A stretch of 64,000 nt of DNA from Candidatus Aminicenantales bacterium (GTDB taxonomy: Bacteria; Acidobacteriota; Aminicenantia; Aminicenantales; Saccharicenantaceae): assembly GCA_049512315.1 (NCBI GenBank), contig JBEKXF010000006.1:1-64000 (forward strand). Reading direction: 5' to 3'. This document shows positions 36,732-46,236 of the stretch, piece after piece. Within the stretch, counting starts at the first letter, position 1, and each line of letters begins with the position of its first letter. The translations under genes were made by a program, and so were the position numbers. Below the pieces are notes generated by a model. It was given only the letters and a program-made list of their open reading frames with translations, had not been told where the DNA came from and made no database searches.

Positions 36732-36919
36732 CGCCCGCCTTTACTTCGATCGTGATATATGCTAGCATTCGTCCTTGAATAGGTCCCTGATTCATCTCAC
36801 AATTGACACATGAGGTCGTGCCTTCTTCACCTCTGAAGCGGTCCTCGGCGACAGGCGCGAAAGCCTTTTCCGATATTTCCCCGTCTTTATCCCATCCATC
36901 CGTCCTCAAGGAGTCCGCC

Positions 36920-37885
36920 ATGTATGACAACGCGAATTTCCCCAAAGCCGGAAAGTACTGGTTGAACGGCAAGTTCTATGACTGGTCGGAGGGCTTCATG
37001 CATCCGATGATGCACGCCCTCCACTACGGGACGTCCGTCTTCGAAGGCATCCGGGCCTATCCCACGGCTAAGGGCCCGGCCATTTTCCGCCTCCGCGAGC
37101 ATATCGACCGCTTCCTCTTGTCCGCCTCCGTGGCCAAGATGCAGTCTCCTTATTCGAAGGACGAGATCATCCGTTCCATCAAGATGACCCTCCGGGAAAA
37201 CCGCCTGGAGAGTTGCTATATCCGGCCCCTCCTGTTCTATTCGTATGGGAATCTTGGCCTGGTGCCCCGGGCCTGCCCGATCGAGCTCGTCATCGGCGCC
37301 TGGGAGTGGGCGGCCTACCTCGGCGAGAAGGCCGGCCAGGGGACCAGCGGCTACATCGGCCCCTGGCGCCGCGTCCACCATAGTCAGCTGAACATGGCCG
37401 CCAAGCTGGGCGGGATCTACGTCCAGTCCACGATCAACGGGCTCGAAGCCCGGGCCCAGGGATGCGATGAGGCCATCTTCCTGAACATCGAGGGCCGGGT
37501 CTCGGAAGGGCCCGGCGAGAATATCTTTCTCGTCAAGGACAAGGTCCTCCGCACGAACGACCGCAGCGAGTCCGTCCTCGAGGGCATCACCCGGACAAGC
37601 CTCCTCGAGATCGCCCGCGATGCCGGGTACAAAACCGCCGTGGGCCCGATGACCAAGGAGGAGCTCCTCAACGCTGACGAGGTCTTCTTCAGCGGGACCG
37701 CCGTCGAGGTCATCCCGATCGTCCGGGTGACCGACGCCTCCATTCCCGGCGGAGTCCGGACGGAACACTCCATCGGCGGCGGGAAGATCGGCCCGGTGAC
37801 CCAGGCGATGATCGCGGCCTTCAGGGCCGCCGTCACGGGGAAAACGCCCCGGTACGAAAAGTGGCTGACTCTCGTCAATGAATAA
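36920..37885 (+). CDS. ilvE: Branched-chain amino acid aminotransferase
   Basis: HALHYGTSVFEGIRAY, AAK..G.Y, EG.GENIF, LEGITR, GTAVEV.P. Confidence 0.94.
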   Translation: MYDNANFPKAGKYWLNGKFYDWSEGFMHPMMHALHYGTSVFEGIRAYPTAKGPAIFRLREHIDRFLLSASVAKMQSPYSKDEIIRSIKMTLRENRLESCYIRPLLFYSYGNLGLVPRACPIELVIGAWEWAAYLGEKAGQGTSGYIGPWRRVHHSQLNMAAKLGGIYVQSTINGLEARAQGCDEAIFLNIEGRVSEGPGENIFLVKDKVLRTNDRSESVLEGITRTSLLEIARDAGYKTAVGPMTKEELLNADEVFFSGTAVEVIPIVRVTDASIPGGVRTEHSIGGGKIGPVTQAMIAAFRAAVTGKTPRYEKWLTLVNE

Positions 37886-38381
37886 GGTCCGCCGCGGCCG
37901 GCCGGCCGCTCCGCCGGCGGGAGCCATCGTGCTCAGGCCGGTGGGCGTCGTCCGGTCTCCCTTCAAGAACCCCGAGGACCTGCCGCCCCCGGCTTTCGCG
38001 CCTCCCCGTTTTCTCGATCGTGCCGAGGGCGAGATTGTCGTCTTCGACAAGTTCGCCCCGGCCCTCGAGAGCCTGGAAGGCTTCTCCCACCTCATCGTCA
38101 TTTTCGCTTTCCACCGGGCCTCGGGCTTCAGGCTCAGGACCGTGCCCCCCGGAGAATCCCGGCCCCACGGGATTTTCGCGACGCGCTCACCTCACCGCCC
38201 CAACCCCCTGGGGATGAGTGTCGTCCGGCTGCTCGTGAGGGACGGGCCGGTCCTCAAGGTCTCGGGGCTCGACCTCGTCGACGGCACACCCGTCCTCGAC
38301 ATCAAGCCCTACACCCGCCGCGACCGGAAATCACGGATCAGGACCGGCTGGCTAAAGGATCGCCCGGCCCTCGCCCGATAG
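37878..38381 (+). CDS. tsaA: tRNA (t6A37)-N6-methyltransferase TrmO/TsaA
   Basis: L.GFSH, GIFATRSPHRPNPLG.S, LDLVDGTPVLDIKPY. Confidence 0.9.
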   Translation: MNKVRRGRPAAPPAGAIVLRPVGVVRSPFKNPEDLPPPAFAPPRFLDRAEGEIVVFDKFAPALESLEGFSHLIVIFAFHRASGFRLRTVPPGESRPHGIFATRSPHRPNPLGMSVVRLLVRDGPVLKVSGLDLVDGTPVLDIKPYTRRDRKSRIRTGWLKDRPALAR

Positions 38382-38427
38382 ACTCCCGCCGGGATTTTTT
38401 GGTATATTTCCTGAAAAGGATATAACC

Positions 38428-40518
38428 ATGCGAAACAGGCTGTTTTTGATCGACTCCCCTCTCCGGCCGTCCGTCCGCCTGACGTTCGGGCTTCTGGTCT
38501 TGGCCCTGTGTTCCCTGTCCGCCCTCGCGGGCCAGGACATGCTGGGCAAGCTCGGGGAGAAGGAGACCTACCGGAGCAAGAGGATCTCCTCCTATGACCG
38601 CACGGGCGGGAACCGGGATTCGATCTCGATCGAACCGGGGAAGACGGTCGTTCTGGCTGAGCTCAAGGGCCCGGCCGCCATCCACCACATCTGGGTGACC
38701 ATCGCCGGCGAGGCGTTTTACGGCCGGAAGATTGTCCTCCGGGTGTACTGGGACGGCGAGGACGTTCCTTCGGTCGAGGCCCCGATCGGCGATTTCTTTG
38801 GCGTCGGCCACGGCCTCAACCGGAACCTTTCCTCTCTTCCGATCGCCTGTTCGTCGGAAGGCCGGGCTCGGAACTGCTACTGGTACATGCCGTTCCGCTG
38901 GTCCTGCCGCGTCACGGTCACTAACGAGGGCACGAAATCCGTCGACGCCTTTTATTATTACATCGACTACCGGGAGCTCGACGGCCTCAGGCCGGATGCC
39001 CCCTACTTCCACGCCCAATACCGGCAGGATTTCCCCTGCACCGGGGACAAGAACTACGTCATCCTCGACGCCGCGGGGGCCGGCCATTACGTCGGCTGCA
39101 ACCTCAGCGTCCTCCAGAGGACCATGGGCTGGTGGGGCGAGGGCGACGACATGATCTATGTCGACGGGGAATCCGCCCCGTCCCTCCACGGCACGGGCTC
39201 GGAAGATTATTTCTCCGACGCCTGGGGCATGCGACAGGGCCAGAATCTTTTCTACGGCTGCCCCATCCAGGAAGAGGATTTCCAGCCCGGGTCGAAGGCC
39301 ACGGTCTACAGGTTCCACATTCCCGACCCTATCCCCTTTAAAAAGTCCATCCGGGTGACGATCGAGCACGGCCACGCCAACGACCGGTCGGACTATGACT
39401 CCTCGGTCGCCTACTGGTACCAGACCGAGCCCCACGTCCCCTTCCCGGCCCTCCCCGAACCCGAAAAGCGGCTCCCCTACGCCCTCGAATCCCCGGAGAA
39501 CTTCGTCTGCCCGAAATGGGAGGAGGTCAAGTCCGAAGGCCAGGCCGTCTTCGAGGACCGGGAAGCCCGGCTCCGGCTCTCGGCGCCCCGGCTGACGAGC
39601 TCGCTGACGTCCTATTACGACGCTTCGGGCACCCGCTACCCGCTCCTCAGGACGGACGGGGCCGTGGAGGGGACCAAGGCGGAGCTCCGGTTTTCCGCGG
39701 AGGTCCGCGACCTCTACTCGGCCAACCTCTACTTCCTCAAGGCGCCCGGTTCGGGCAACTTCCACATCCTCAAGAAGCGGGTGACGCCCGAAAACCTCGA
39801 AGGGACTTTCGAGGTCCTGGCGACATTCGAAGGCTACTCTAGGGAGGGTCAGCTCACCGCTCTGACCCTCAAGGACATCCTTCTCGAGGCCGGGCCGAAC
39901 TCCCTGTTCTTCGAGGCGGCCGGGAAGGACGAAAAGGCCGCCGGCATGGAGATCGCCTTCGTCGGCCTGAGCCTCAATCCCTCGGCCCGTCGGTTCCTCA
40001 TGGAATGGAACCTCGTCGGGCCGTTCCCTGCCGCGGACATGAATGACCTCCAGACCGTTTACCCTCCCGAAAAGGAGGCCGATCTCACGAAAAAGTACAA
40101 GGGGAAAAACGATGCCGAGGTCGGCTGGCGGACCGTTCAGGCGGGGCCGACCGGGTATGTCCGGCTCGATGAGCTCGTCCGGCCGAACGAACAGGTTCTC
40201 GCCTACGGGCTGGCTTATGTTTTTTCGCCGGACAATCGGCAGGCTTCGGTCCTTCTCGGGAGCGACGACGGGGTCCGGGTTTGGGTCAACGACGAGCTCG
40301 TCCACACGAACCCCGCCTACCGGCCGGCCGTGCCGGACCAGGACCGGTTTCCCGTGAACCTCAAGAAAGGCTGGAACAAGGTCCTGATCAAGGTCCTCCA
40401 GGGGGCCGGGGGATGGGGGTATTACTTCCGGTTCTCGGACCCCAGGGGTGAGCTCCGCTGGGGCCTGAGGTCGGAAGACCAGAAAAAGCCCGGCGAGATC
40501 CCGGCGGCCCTGTTCTGA
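38428..40518 (+). CDS. Exported DUF2961 / GH172-like glycoside hydrolase with C-terminal extension
   Basis: SSYDRTGGN.D, HIWVT, PIGDFFG.G, WWGEGD, GTGSEDYF, YWYQ.EPH; C-terminal GSDDGV.VWVN domain. Confidence 0.85.
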   Translation: MRNRLFLIDSPLRPSVRLTFGLLVLALCSLSALAGQDMLGKLGEKETYRSKRISSYDRTGGNRDSISIEPGKTVVLAELKGPAAIHHIWVTIAGEAFYGRKIVLRVYWDGEDVPSVEAPIGDFFGVGHGLNRNLSSLPIACSSEGRARNCYWYMPFRWSCRVTVTNEGTKSVDAFYYYIDYRELDGLRPDAPYFHAQYRQDFPCTGDKNYVILDAAGAGHYVGCNLSVLQRTMGWWGEGDDMIYVDGESAPSLHGTGSEDYFSDAWGMRQGQNLFYGCPIQEEDFQPGSKATVYRFHIPDPIPFKKSIRVTIEHGHANDRSDYDSSVAYWYQTEPHVPFPALPEPEKRLPYALESPENFVCPKWEEVKSEGQAVFEDREARLRLSAPRLTSSLTSYYDASGTRYPLLRTDGAVEGTKAELRFSAEVRDLYSANLYFLKAPGSGNFHILKKRVTPENLEGTFEVLATFEGYSREGQLTALTLKDILLEAGPNSLFFEAAGKDEKAAGMEIAFVGLSLNPSARRFLMEWNLVGPFPAADMNDLQTVYPPEKEADLTKKYKGKNDAEVGWRTVQAGPTGYVRLDELVRPNEQVLAYGLAYVFSPDNRQASVLLGSDDGVRVWVNDELVHTNPAYRPAVPDQDRFPVNLKKGWNKVLIKVLQGAGGWGYYFRFSDPRGELRWGLRSEDQKKPGEIPAALF

Positions 40519-40825
40519 TCAATATCCCCGCGGGAAGGTCTTTTCGGCGGAAGATTTCCTCAAATTCGTGGAAATATCGGCATTCCCGCCGCTGTATCGT
40601 TCCAGATGCCCCGAAAATCATCTCTTTTGGCCGTTTCCCCGTCGAAAAACCTTGTTTTCCCGTCTTGCCGGGCCTCTTGTCCGGTCCTTTTTTCAGGGGA
40701 AATCCCCCGTTAGGAGGACTATTTGAGTCCTGTTCGCCGAAAGCAGAAAGAAATCGCATTTTTGGTTAAAACGGACGGCAAAAAACCAGCTAAAAAAGAC
40801 TTTTTCTAAAATTCGAAAAAAAGTG

Positions 40826-40855
40826 TTGATTGGAACCCGCCAGCTGTGGTATAAT
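40826..40855 (+). promoter_or_regulatory. Strong sigma70 promoter with AT-rich UP-like region
   Basis: TTGATT-18 bp-TATAAT with a TGn extension; A/T tracts upstream. Confidence 0.7.
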
Positions 40856-41110
40856 ATTTAACAGTAGCAAAAGGGAATTCAGGAAAAATCAGAAAAACGG
40901 ATTTTCGCTCGTCCGCCTGATTACGTCTCGCTTTCATCCTTCCTTGGAAATGCAACGCTTTGGAGACTGTCGTTGTTTACGTACTGGAGTGCGACGATGA
41001 AGGCAAAAAACACCGAAATGAGGAAGCCGATGCACTCCGCTCTTTCAAGACCTCCTTTAAGCGGGAGGTTGATCCTATTCCCTGCTTCTTTCTCAATCCA
41101 CCCCCCCCTG

Positions 41111-41153
41111 GAGAGGCTGCCCTGATCCGAGGCCAAGATCAGGGCAGCCTCTC
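41111..41153 (+). terminator. 17-bp GC-rich hairpin (terminator-like)
   Basis: GAGAGGCTGCCCTGATC-9 nt-GATCAGGGCAGCCTCTC; the U-tract is weak. Confidence 0.55.
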
Positions 41154-41199
41154 TCATGCTAAGATGATGTTGACGGGCTGTCTTCCTTTTTATTAAAAT

Positions 41200-41345
41200 A
41201 CGGAACGGGTTTAATCGAAGGGAAGTCCGTGAGACGCGGACACAGCCCCCGCTACTGTAACCGGGGACGAATCCCAGACGATGCCACGGCCGGAGGGCCG
41301 GAAGGCCTGGGAGGAGGACGATCCGGGAGTCAGGAAACCTTCCTT
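41200..41345 (+). promoter_or_regulatory. Cobalamin riboswitch
   Basis: AGGGAA..GTG, CCCCCGCTACTGTAA, GCCAC.G..GGAAGGC and GAGTCAGGAAACCT B12-box elements, upstream of a TonB receptor. Confidence 0.9.
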
Positions 41346-41446
41346 AGGACCCGGGCAACCGGTCTTCGGGTGGAAGACGGGAGCTGTTTTTTTTACCTTT
41401 CATAACATCCGCAAAAAGCGGCGGGGGCTTTAGAGGAGTCCGATCC

Positions 41447-43432
41447 ATGAGAAGACGCATGGCCGCCGTCACTTTGATCGTGTTGTCCCTGGGATTGGTT
41501 TCGGGGACAAGTTTCGGATCGGGTCGCGAGGACCCGGCCCAAAGCCGGGATGAGCAGGATCGGGCCAAATCCGCTTCTTCCCTTCAGTATGACGTCGTCG
41601 TCACCGCCACCCGCGTGGAAACGCCCGTCAAGGAAGTGGCCAGCTCGATCAGCATCGTCACGGCGGATGAGATCGCCCGATCGAAAAAAACCACGGTTCT
41701 CGAAGTCCTTCAGGATCTCGTCGGCCTGTCCACGGTCCAAAGCGGGGGCACCGGAGCGGCGGCCTCGGTTCTTATCCGCGGAGCCAACAGCGAGCACACG
41801 CTCGTCCTCCTCGACGGCGTCGAACTCAACGATCCGATCAACCCCGCCCGGTCCTATGACCTGGCCCACCTCGTCCTGAGCCAGATCGAACGCATCGAAG
41901 TCCTGCGTGGTCCGCAGAGCCCCCTCTACGGTTCCGACGCCCTCGGCGGTGTCATCAACATCATCACGCGCAAGGGACAAGGAGCTCCCAGGCTGACGTT
42001 TTCGGGATCAGGCGGGAACTATGGGTCGTACATCGGAGACGCCGGCCTTTCCGGCTCGTCCGGCCGCGCGGACTATTCACTCGGTGTCTTCTGCACGAGG
42101 ACCTCAGGTGTATCCGCCGCTTCGACCCGATATGCCGGGAACAGCGAGCCCGACGGCTACCGGAACTTTTCCCTCTCCGGAAAGTTCGGCTACGCCCTGC
42201 GACAGAATCTGAGCCTCGATATCACGATCCGGACGGTCTGGGACCGCACCGATATCGACGACGCGGGAGGCGCCTACGGAGACGACCCGAACAACAGACA
42301 GAACTATGCTTCCACCTTCCTTTCGGCCCGCCTTAGGCATCTCGCCCTGGGCGGCCGCTGGGAGCAGAAGATGACGATGTCCTGGATCACGGCCGAGCGG
42401 AGGTATCTGAATCCCACCGACGACCTTCATCCCTACGACAGCGACTCCGGGAAATATAACAGCGACTCCCTCAAGTGGGATTGGCAGAACAACTTTTTCG
42501 TCAACGCGGCGAATACCCTGACGGCCGGTGCCGCGCTGGAAGACGAAAGAGGCCATTCTTTTTACGTCTCGGACAGCGAATACGGGATCTATGAAAGTTC
42601 CTTCCCTTCCGAAAACGCCTGGACCACGAGCCTCTACATCCAGGACCAATGGAAGATCATGAAGCACTTGAATATCGCCGCCGGAACCCGCTTCGATTCC
42701 CACACCCGCTCGGGGGCAGCGCTGACTTACCGGATCGCCCCCGCTTATGTCATCGAAAGCACGGACACGAAAATCAAGGCGACGCTCGGCACGGGGTTCA
42801 AGTCTCCGTCTCTCTACCAGCTCTTTGCCCCCGCCACGTCCTGGGGCCCGATCGGCAATATCCATCTCAAACCAGAACGCGCCACGGGCTGGGACGCTGG
42901 CATCGAACAGAATTTCTTCAGCCGCAAAGTGCGCCTGGGCCTGACCTATTTTCAGACGAACTTCCGCGATCTTATCGATTACGACTACAGTTCCGGCTAT
43001 ATCAATGTCGGCAGGGCGGAAACGAAAGGCCTGGAAACGTCCCTCGAATGGCGGCCTCTCGAGGCTCTCCAGCTCAGGACGAGCTATACACGCCTCAAAG
43101 CCGTCAACAAGGAGACGGACGCCGATCTTCCCCGCAGGCCGCGTGACAAATTCTCGGCGGACGTCCACGCGCGTTTCAGCAAGCACCTCGACACAACGCT
43201 GTCCCTTCTCTACGTCGGGAAGCGCACGGACACGAATTACAGCGCCTACCCCTACCAGGATGTCCGCCTCGCCGGTTATACCCTCCTCGGGGGCGCCGTC
43301 TCGACTTCGATCAACCCCGCGCTGGACCTTTACGTCCGGCTCGACAACATCCTCAACGCACGCTACGAAATGGTCTGGGGCTACGGAACGCCGGGCTTCA
43401 CCATCAACATCGGTTTCCGCCTGGCCCTTTGA
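41447..43432 (+). CDS. btuB: TonB-dependent receptor, BtuB-like
   Basis: TonB box VVVTATR, plug IRG..S.HTLVLLDG, IERIEVLRGPQS.LYGSDA.GGVINIIT; downstream of the B12 riboswitch. Confidence 0.85.
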   Translation: MRRRMAAVTLIVLSLGLVSGTSFGSGREDPAQSRDEQDRAKSASSLQYDVVVTATRVETPVKEVASSISIVTADEIARSKKTTVLEVLQDLVGLSTVQSGGTGAAASVLIRGANSEHTLVLLDGVELNDPINPARSYDLAHLVLSQIERIEVLRGPQSPLYGSDALGGVINIITRKGQGAPRLTFSGSGGNYGSYIGDAGLSGSSGRADYSLGVFCTRTSGVSAASTRYAGNSEPDGYRNFSLSGKFGYALRQNLSLDITIRTVWDRTDIDDAGGAYGDDPNNRQNYASTFLSARLRHLALGGRWEQKMTMSWITAERRYLNPTDDLHPYDSDSGKYNSDSLKWDWQNNFFVNAANTLTAGAALEDERGHSFYVSDSEYGIYESSFPSENAWTTSLYIQDQWKIMKHLNIAAGTRFDSHTRSGAALTYRIAPAYVIESTDTKIKATLGTGFKSPSLYQLFAPATSWGPIGNIHLKPERATGWDAGIEQNFFSRKVRLGLTYFQTNFRDLIDYDYSSGYINVGRAETKGLETSLEWRPLEALQLRTSYTRLKAVNKETDADLPRRPRDKFSADVHARFSKHLDTTLSLLYVGKRTDTNYSAYPYQDVRLAGYTLLGGAVSTSINPALDLYVRLDNILNARYEMVWGYGTPGFTINIGFRLAL

Positions 43433-43491
43433 CCGCGGCCGGGGCCGGGTCCTATTGAAAACGCGCCGGCCTTGGCGGACAATAGGATTTC

Positions 43492-46200
43492 ATGAGCGAT
43501 CCCAAGGAGACCCTGATGGACATTCCGGCACTTGATAGAATCTTCAAGCCGCAGAGGATCGCCCTCGTCGGCGTGACCCCGAACCCCAAGAGCGCCGGCG
43601 GCAAGGTCCTGAGCAACCTCGTCGGCGGCGGCTTTCGCGGCGTCGTCTACCCCGTCAACCCGACGAGCGAAGCCGTCCTGGGGATCCCCTGCTTCCCGGA
43701 CGTCCAGAGCCTCCCCCGGACGCCCGACCTCGGGATCATCTGCGCCCCCGCCGAGCAGGTGCCGGCTCTGGTCGATGATTGCGGCCGGGCCGGCATTCTC
43801 GGCCTGATCATCATCTCATCGGGGTTCAGGGAGGCCGGGCCGGAAGGCCGCGCCCTCGAGGACCGGGTCCTCGCCGAGGCCAAACGTTTTGAAGGCCTGC
43901 GCATCATCGGACCGAATTGCCTCGGGCTCATCTCGCCCGGCCGGCAGCTCAATGCGAGCTTCGCCGCCGCGATGCCCCAGGCGGGCCACGTCGCCTTCAT
44001 CTCCCAGTCCGGGGCCCTGTGCACGTCGGTCCTCGACTGGGCGATCGAGGAAAAGATCGGGTTCTCGCATCTCGTTTCGATCGGCAACATGCTCGATGTC
44101 GATTTCGGCGACCTCATCGACTACCTCGGCGAGGACGAAGAGACGCGGTCCATCATTCTCTACATCGAGTCCATCGGCCAGGCCCGGAAGTTCATGACGG
44201 CCGCCCGCGCCTTCGCCCGGACCAAGCCCATCGTCGCCTACAAGGCCGGCCGTTTCCCTGAGTCCGCGGCCGCTGCGGCGTCGCACACCGGCGCCCTGGC
44301 CAGCGAGGATACGGTCTACGACGCGGCGTTCCAGAGGATGGGCCTGGCCCGGGTCTTCGATATCGGCGAGATCTTCGACTGCGCCGAGCTCGTCGGCCGC
44401 CATAAGGTTCCGTGCGGCCCGCGCCTGGCCATCCTCACCAACGCCGGAGGGCCTGGGGTCATGGCGACGGACGCCCTCATCGGGGCCAGAGGCGTCCTGG
44501 CCCGGCTCTCCGACGAAACCATGCGGCAGCTCAACGACAGCCTGCCGCCCCAGTGGTCCCACAGGAACCCGGTCGACGTCCTCGGCGACGCCAAGTCGAA
44601 GCTCATCGCCAAGGCCGCCCAGGCGGTCCTCCAGGACCCCGGCGTGGACGCCCTGCTCATCATCGTGACGCCCCAGGCTATGACCAACCCGACGGCCATC
44701 GCCCGGGAGACGAGCGCCCTGGCGGCGGCGACTCCGAAACCCATCCTGGCGGCCTGGCTGGGCGGAGCCAGCATGCGCGACGGAATCCGGCTTCTGAACG
44801 ACGCCGGCGTCCCGACCTATCCGACGCCGGAGCGGGCCGTCAAGGCCTTCATGACCCTAGTGTCCTACGCCCGGAACCTGGAGATTCTCTATGAGACTCC
44901 CAAGGATGTCTCCGTCAATCTGCCGGCCGACCGAGCGGAGGTCCGGGCCAGGTTCACCGAGCTCTTCGGCCGTTCCGGGGACATCCTGCCCGAGAGCGTC
45001 TCCAAGGACCTGCTCGCCTCCTACGGCATCCCCGTGACGCGGCCCGAGCCCGCCCGGACGGCGGAGGAGGCGGTCTCGATCGCCCGGCGGATCGGCTACC
45101 CGGTCGTCCTCAAGATCCAGTCCCCGGACATCACCCACAAGACCGACGTCGGAGGGGTGGCCCTGGACCTCGGAGACGCGCCGATGGTGGCGGCGGCTTT
45201 CCAGGGGATGATGCACGCCGTCCGGGAGCGCGCGCCGCACGCCCGGGTCGAGGGCGCCACCGTCCAGAGAATGGTCCGGGCCCGGGACGGCGTCGAGATG
45301 ATCCTGGGGATCAAGAAGGACCCGACGTTCGGCACGGTCGTCATGACCGGGATGGGCGGGACGGCGGCCGACCTCTTCGGCGACAGGGCCCTCGGCTTTC
45401 CGCCGCTCAACGAGAGGCTGGCCCGCCGGATGCTCGAGGAGCTCAGGATCTGGCCGCTCCTCCAGGGCTACCGCGGCCGGCCGGCGGCGGACGTCGAATC
45501 TCTCGTCAAGATCCTGATCCGCCTCTCTTATCTGGCCGCCGATTTCCCGGAGATCGCCGAGCTCGATATCAACCCGCTCCTCGTAACGCCTGACGGCGCG
45601 GTCGCCCTGGACGCCAGGGCCGTCGTCGACCGGGAGACGCTCGGCAGGCCCCAAAAGCCGTTCGCCCACCTGGCCCTCCGGCCCTATCCCGAAGAATTCG
45701 TTGAGAGGGCGCGGATGAGGGACGGGACGGAGGTCCTCCTGCGGCCCATCAAGCCCGAGGACGAACCTCTCTGGCTGGCCCTCCTCGGGAGCTGTTCCCG
45801 GGAATCCATCTATTCCCGCTTCCGCTATTTTTTCTTCTGGCAGTCCCATGACATCGCCAGCCGCTACTGTTATATCGATTACGACCGGGAGCTGGCCATC
45901 GTCGCCGAGGTGGGCGAAGGCGAAACCCGGAGGCTCGTCGGCGTCGGACGCCTCATTTCCGAACCCGGCCGGGAGACGGCCGAGTACGCCGTCCTGGTTC
46001 AGGACGCCTGGCAAGACCGGGGGCTCGGCGGGATGCTGACGGATCGCTGCCTCGCCATCGCCCGGCAGTGGGGGGTCCGGAAGGTCTTGGCCATCACGAC
46101 GAGCGACAACCCGCGGATGGTCGCCGTTTTCGAGAAGCGCGGCTTCCGGATCGAAAAGGACCTCGAGAGCTCGCTCGTCGAAGTGTCCATAGAGTTTTAG
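43492..46200 (+). CDS. Acetate-CoA ligase (ADP-forming)-like / GNAT fusion (Pat-type protein lysine acetyltransferase)
   Basis: GPNCLG, SQSGA, SHTGAL, NPVD.LGDA, ATP-grasp HKTDVGGV / DINPL, C-terminal GNAT WQDRGLG. Confidence 0.9.
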   Translation: MSDPKETLMDIPALDRIFKPQRIALVGVTPNPKSAGGKVLSNLVGGGFRGVVYPVNPTSEAVLGIPCFPDVQSLPRTPDLGIICAPAEQVPALVDDCGRAGILGLIIISSGFREAGPEGRALEDRVLAEAKRFEGLRIIGPNCLGLISPGRQLNASFAAAMPQAGHVAFISQSGALCTSVLDWAIEEKIGFSHLVSIGNMLDVDFGDLIDYLGEDEETRSIILYIESIGQARKFMTAARAFARTKPIVAYKAGRFPESAAAAASHTGALASEDTVYDAAFQRMGLARVFDIGEIFDCAELVGRHKVPCGPRLAILTNAGGPGVMATDALIGARGVLARLSDETMRQLNDSLPPQWSHRNPVDVLGDAKSKLIAKAAQAVLQDPGVDALLIIVTPQAMTNPTAIARETSALAAATPKPILAAWLGGASMRDGIRLLNDAGVPTYPTPERAVKAFMTLVSYARNLEILYETPKDVSVNLPADRAEVRARFTELFGRSGDILPESVSKDLLASYGIPVTRPEPARTAEEAVSIARRIGYPVVLKIQSPDITHKTDVGGVALDLGDAPMVAAAFQGMMHAVRERAPHARVEGATVQRMVRARDGVEMILGIKKDPTFGTVVMTGMGGTAADLFGDRALGFPPLNERLARRMLEELRIWPLLQGYRGRPAADVESLVKILIRLSYLAADFPEIAELDINPLLVTPDGAVALDARAVVDRETLGRPQKPFAHLALRPYPEEFVERARMRDGTEVLLRPIKPEDEPLWLALLGSCSRESIYSRFRYFFFWQSHDIASRYCYIDYDRELAIVAEVGEGETRRLVGVGRLISEPGRETAEYAVLVQDAWQDRGLGGMLTDRCLAIARQWGVRKVLAITTSDNPRMVAVFEKRGFRIEKDLESSLVEVSIEF

Positions 46201-46236
46201 TTTCCTCGTTCCCGGCGCCCGGCTCTTCGGATGACC

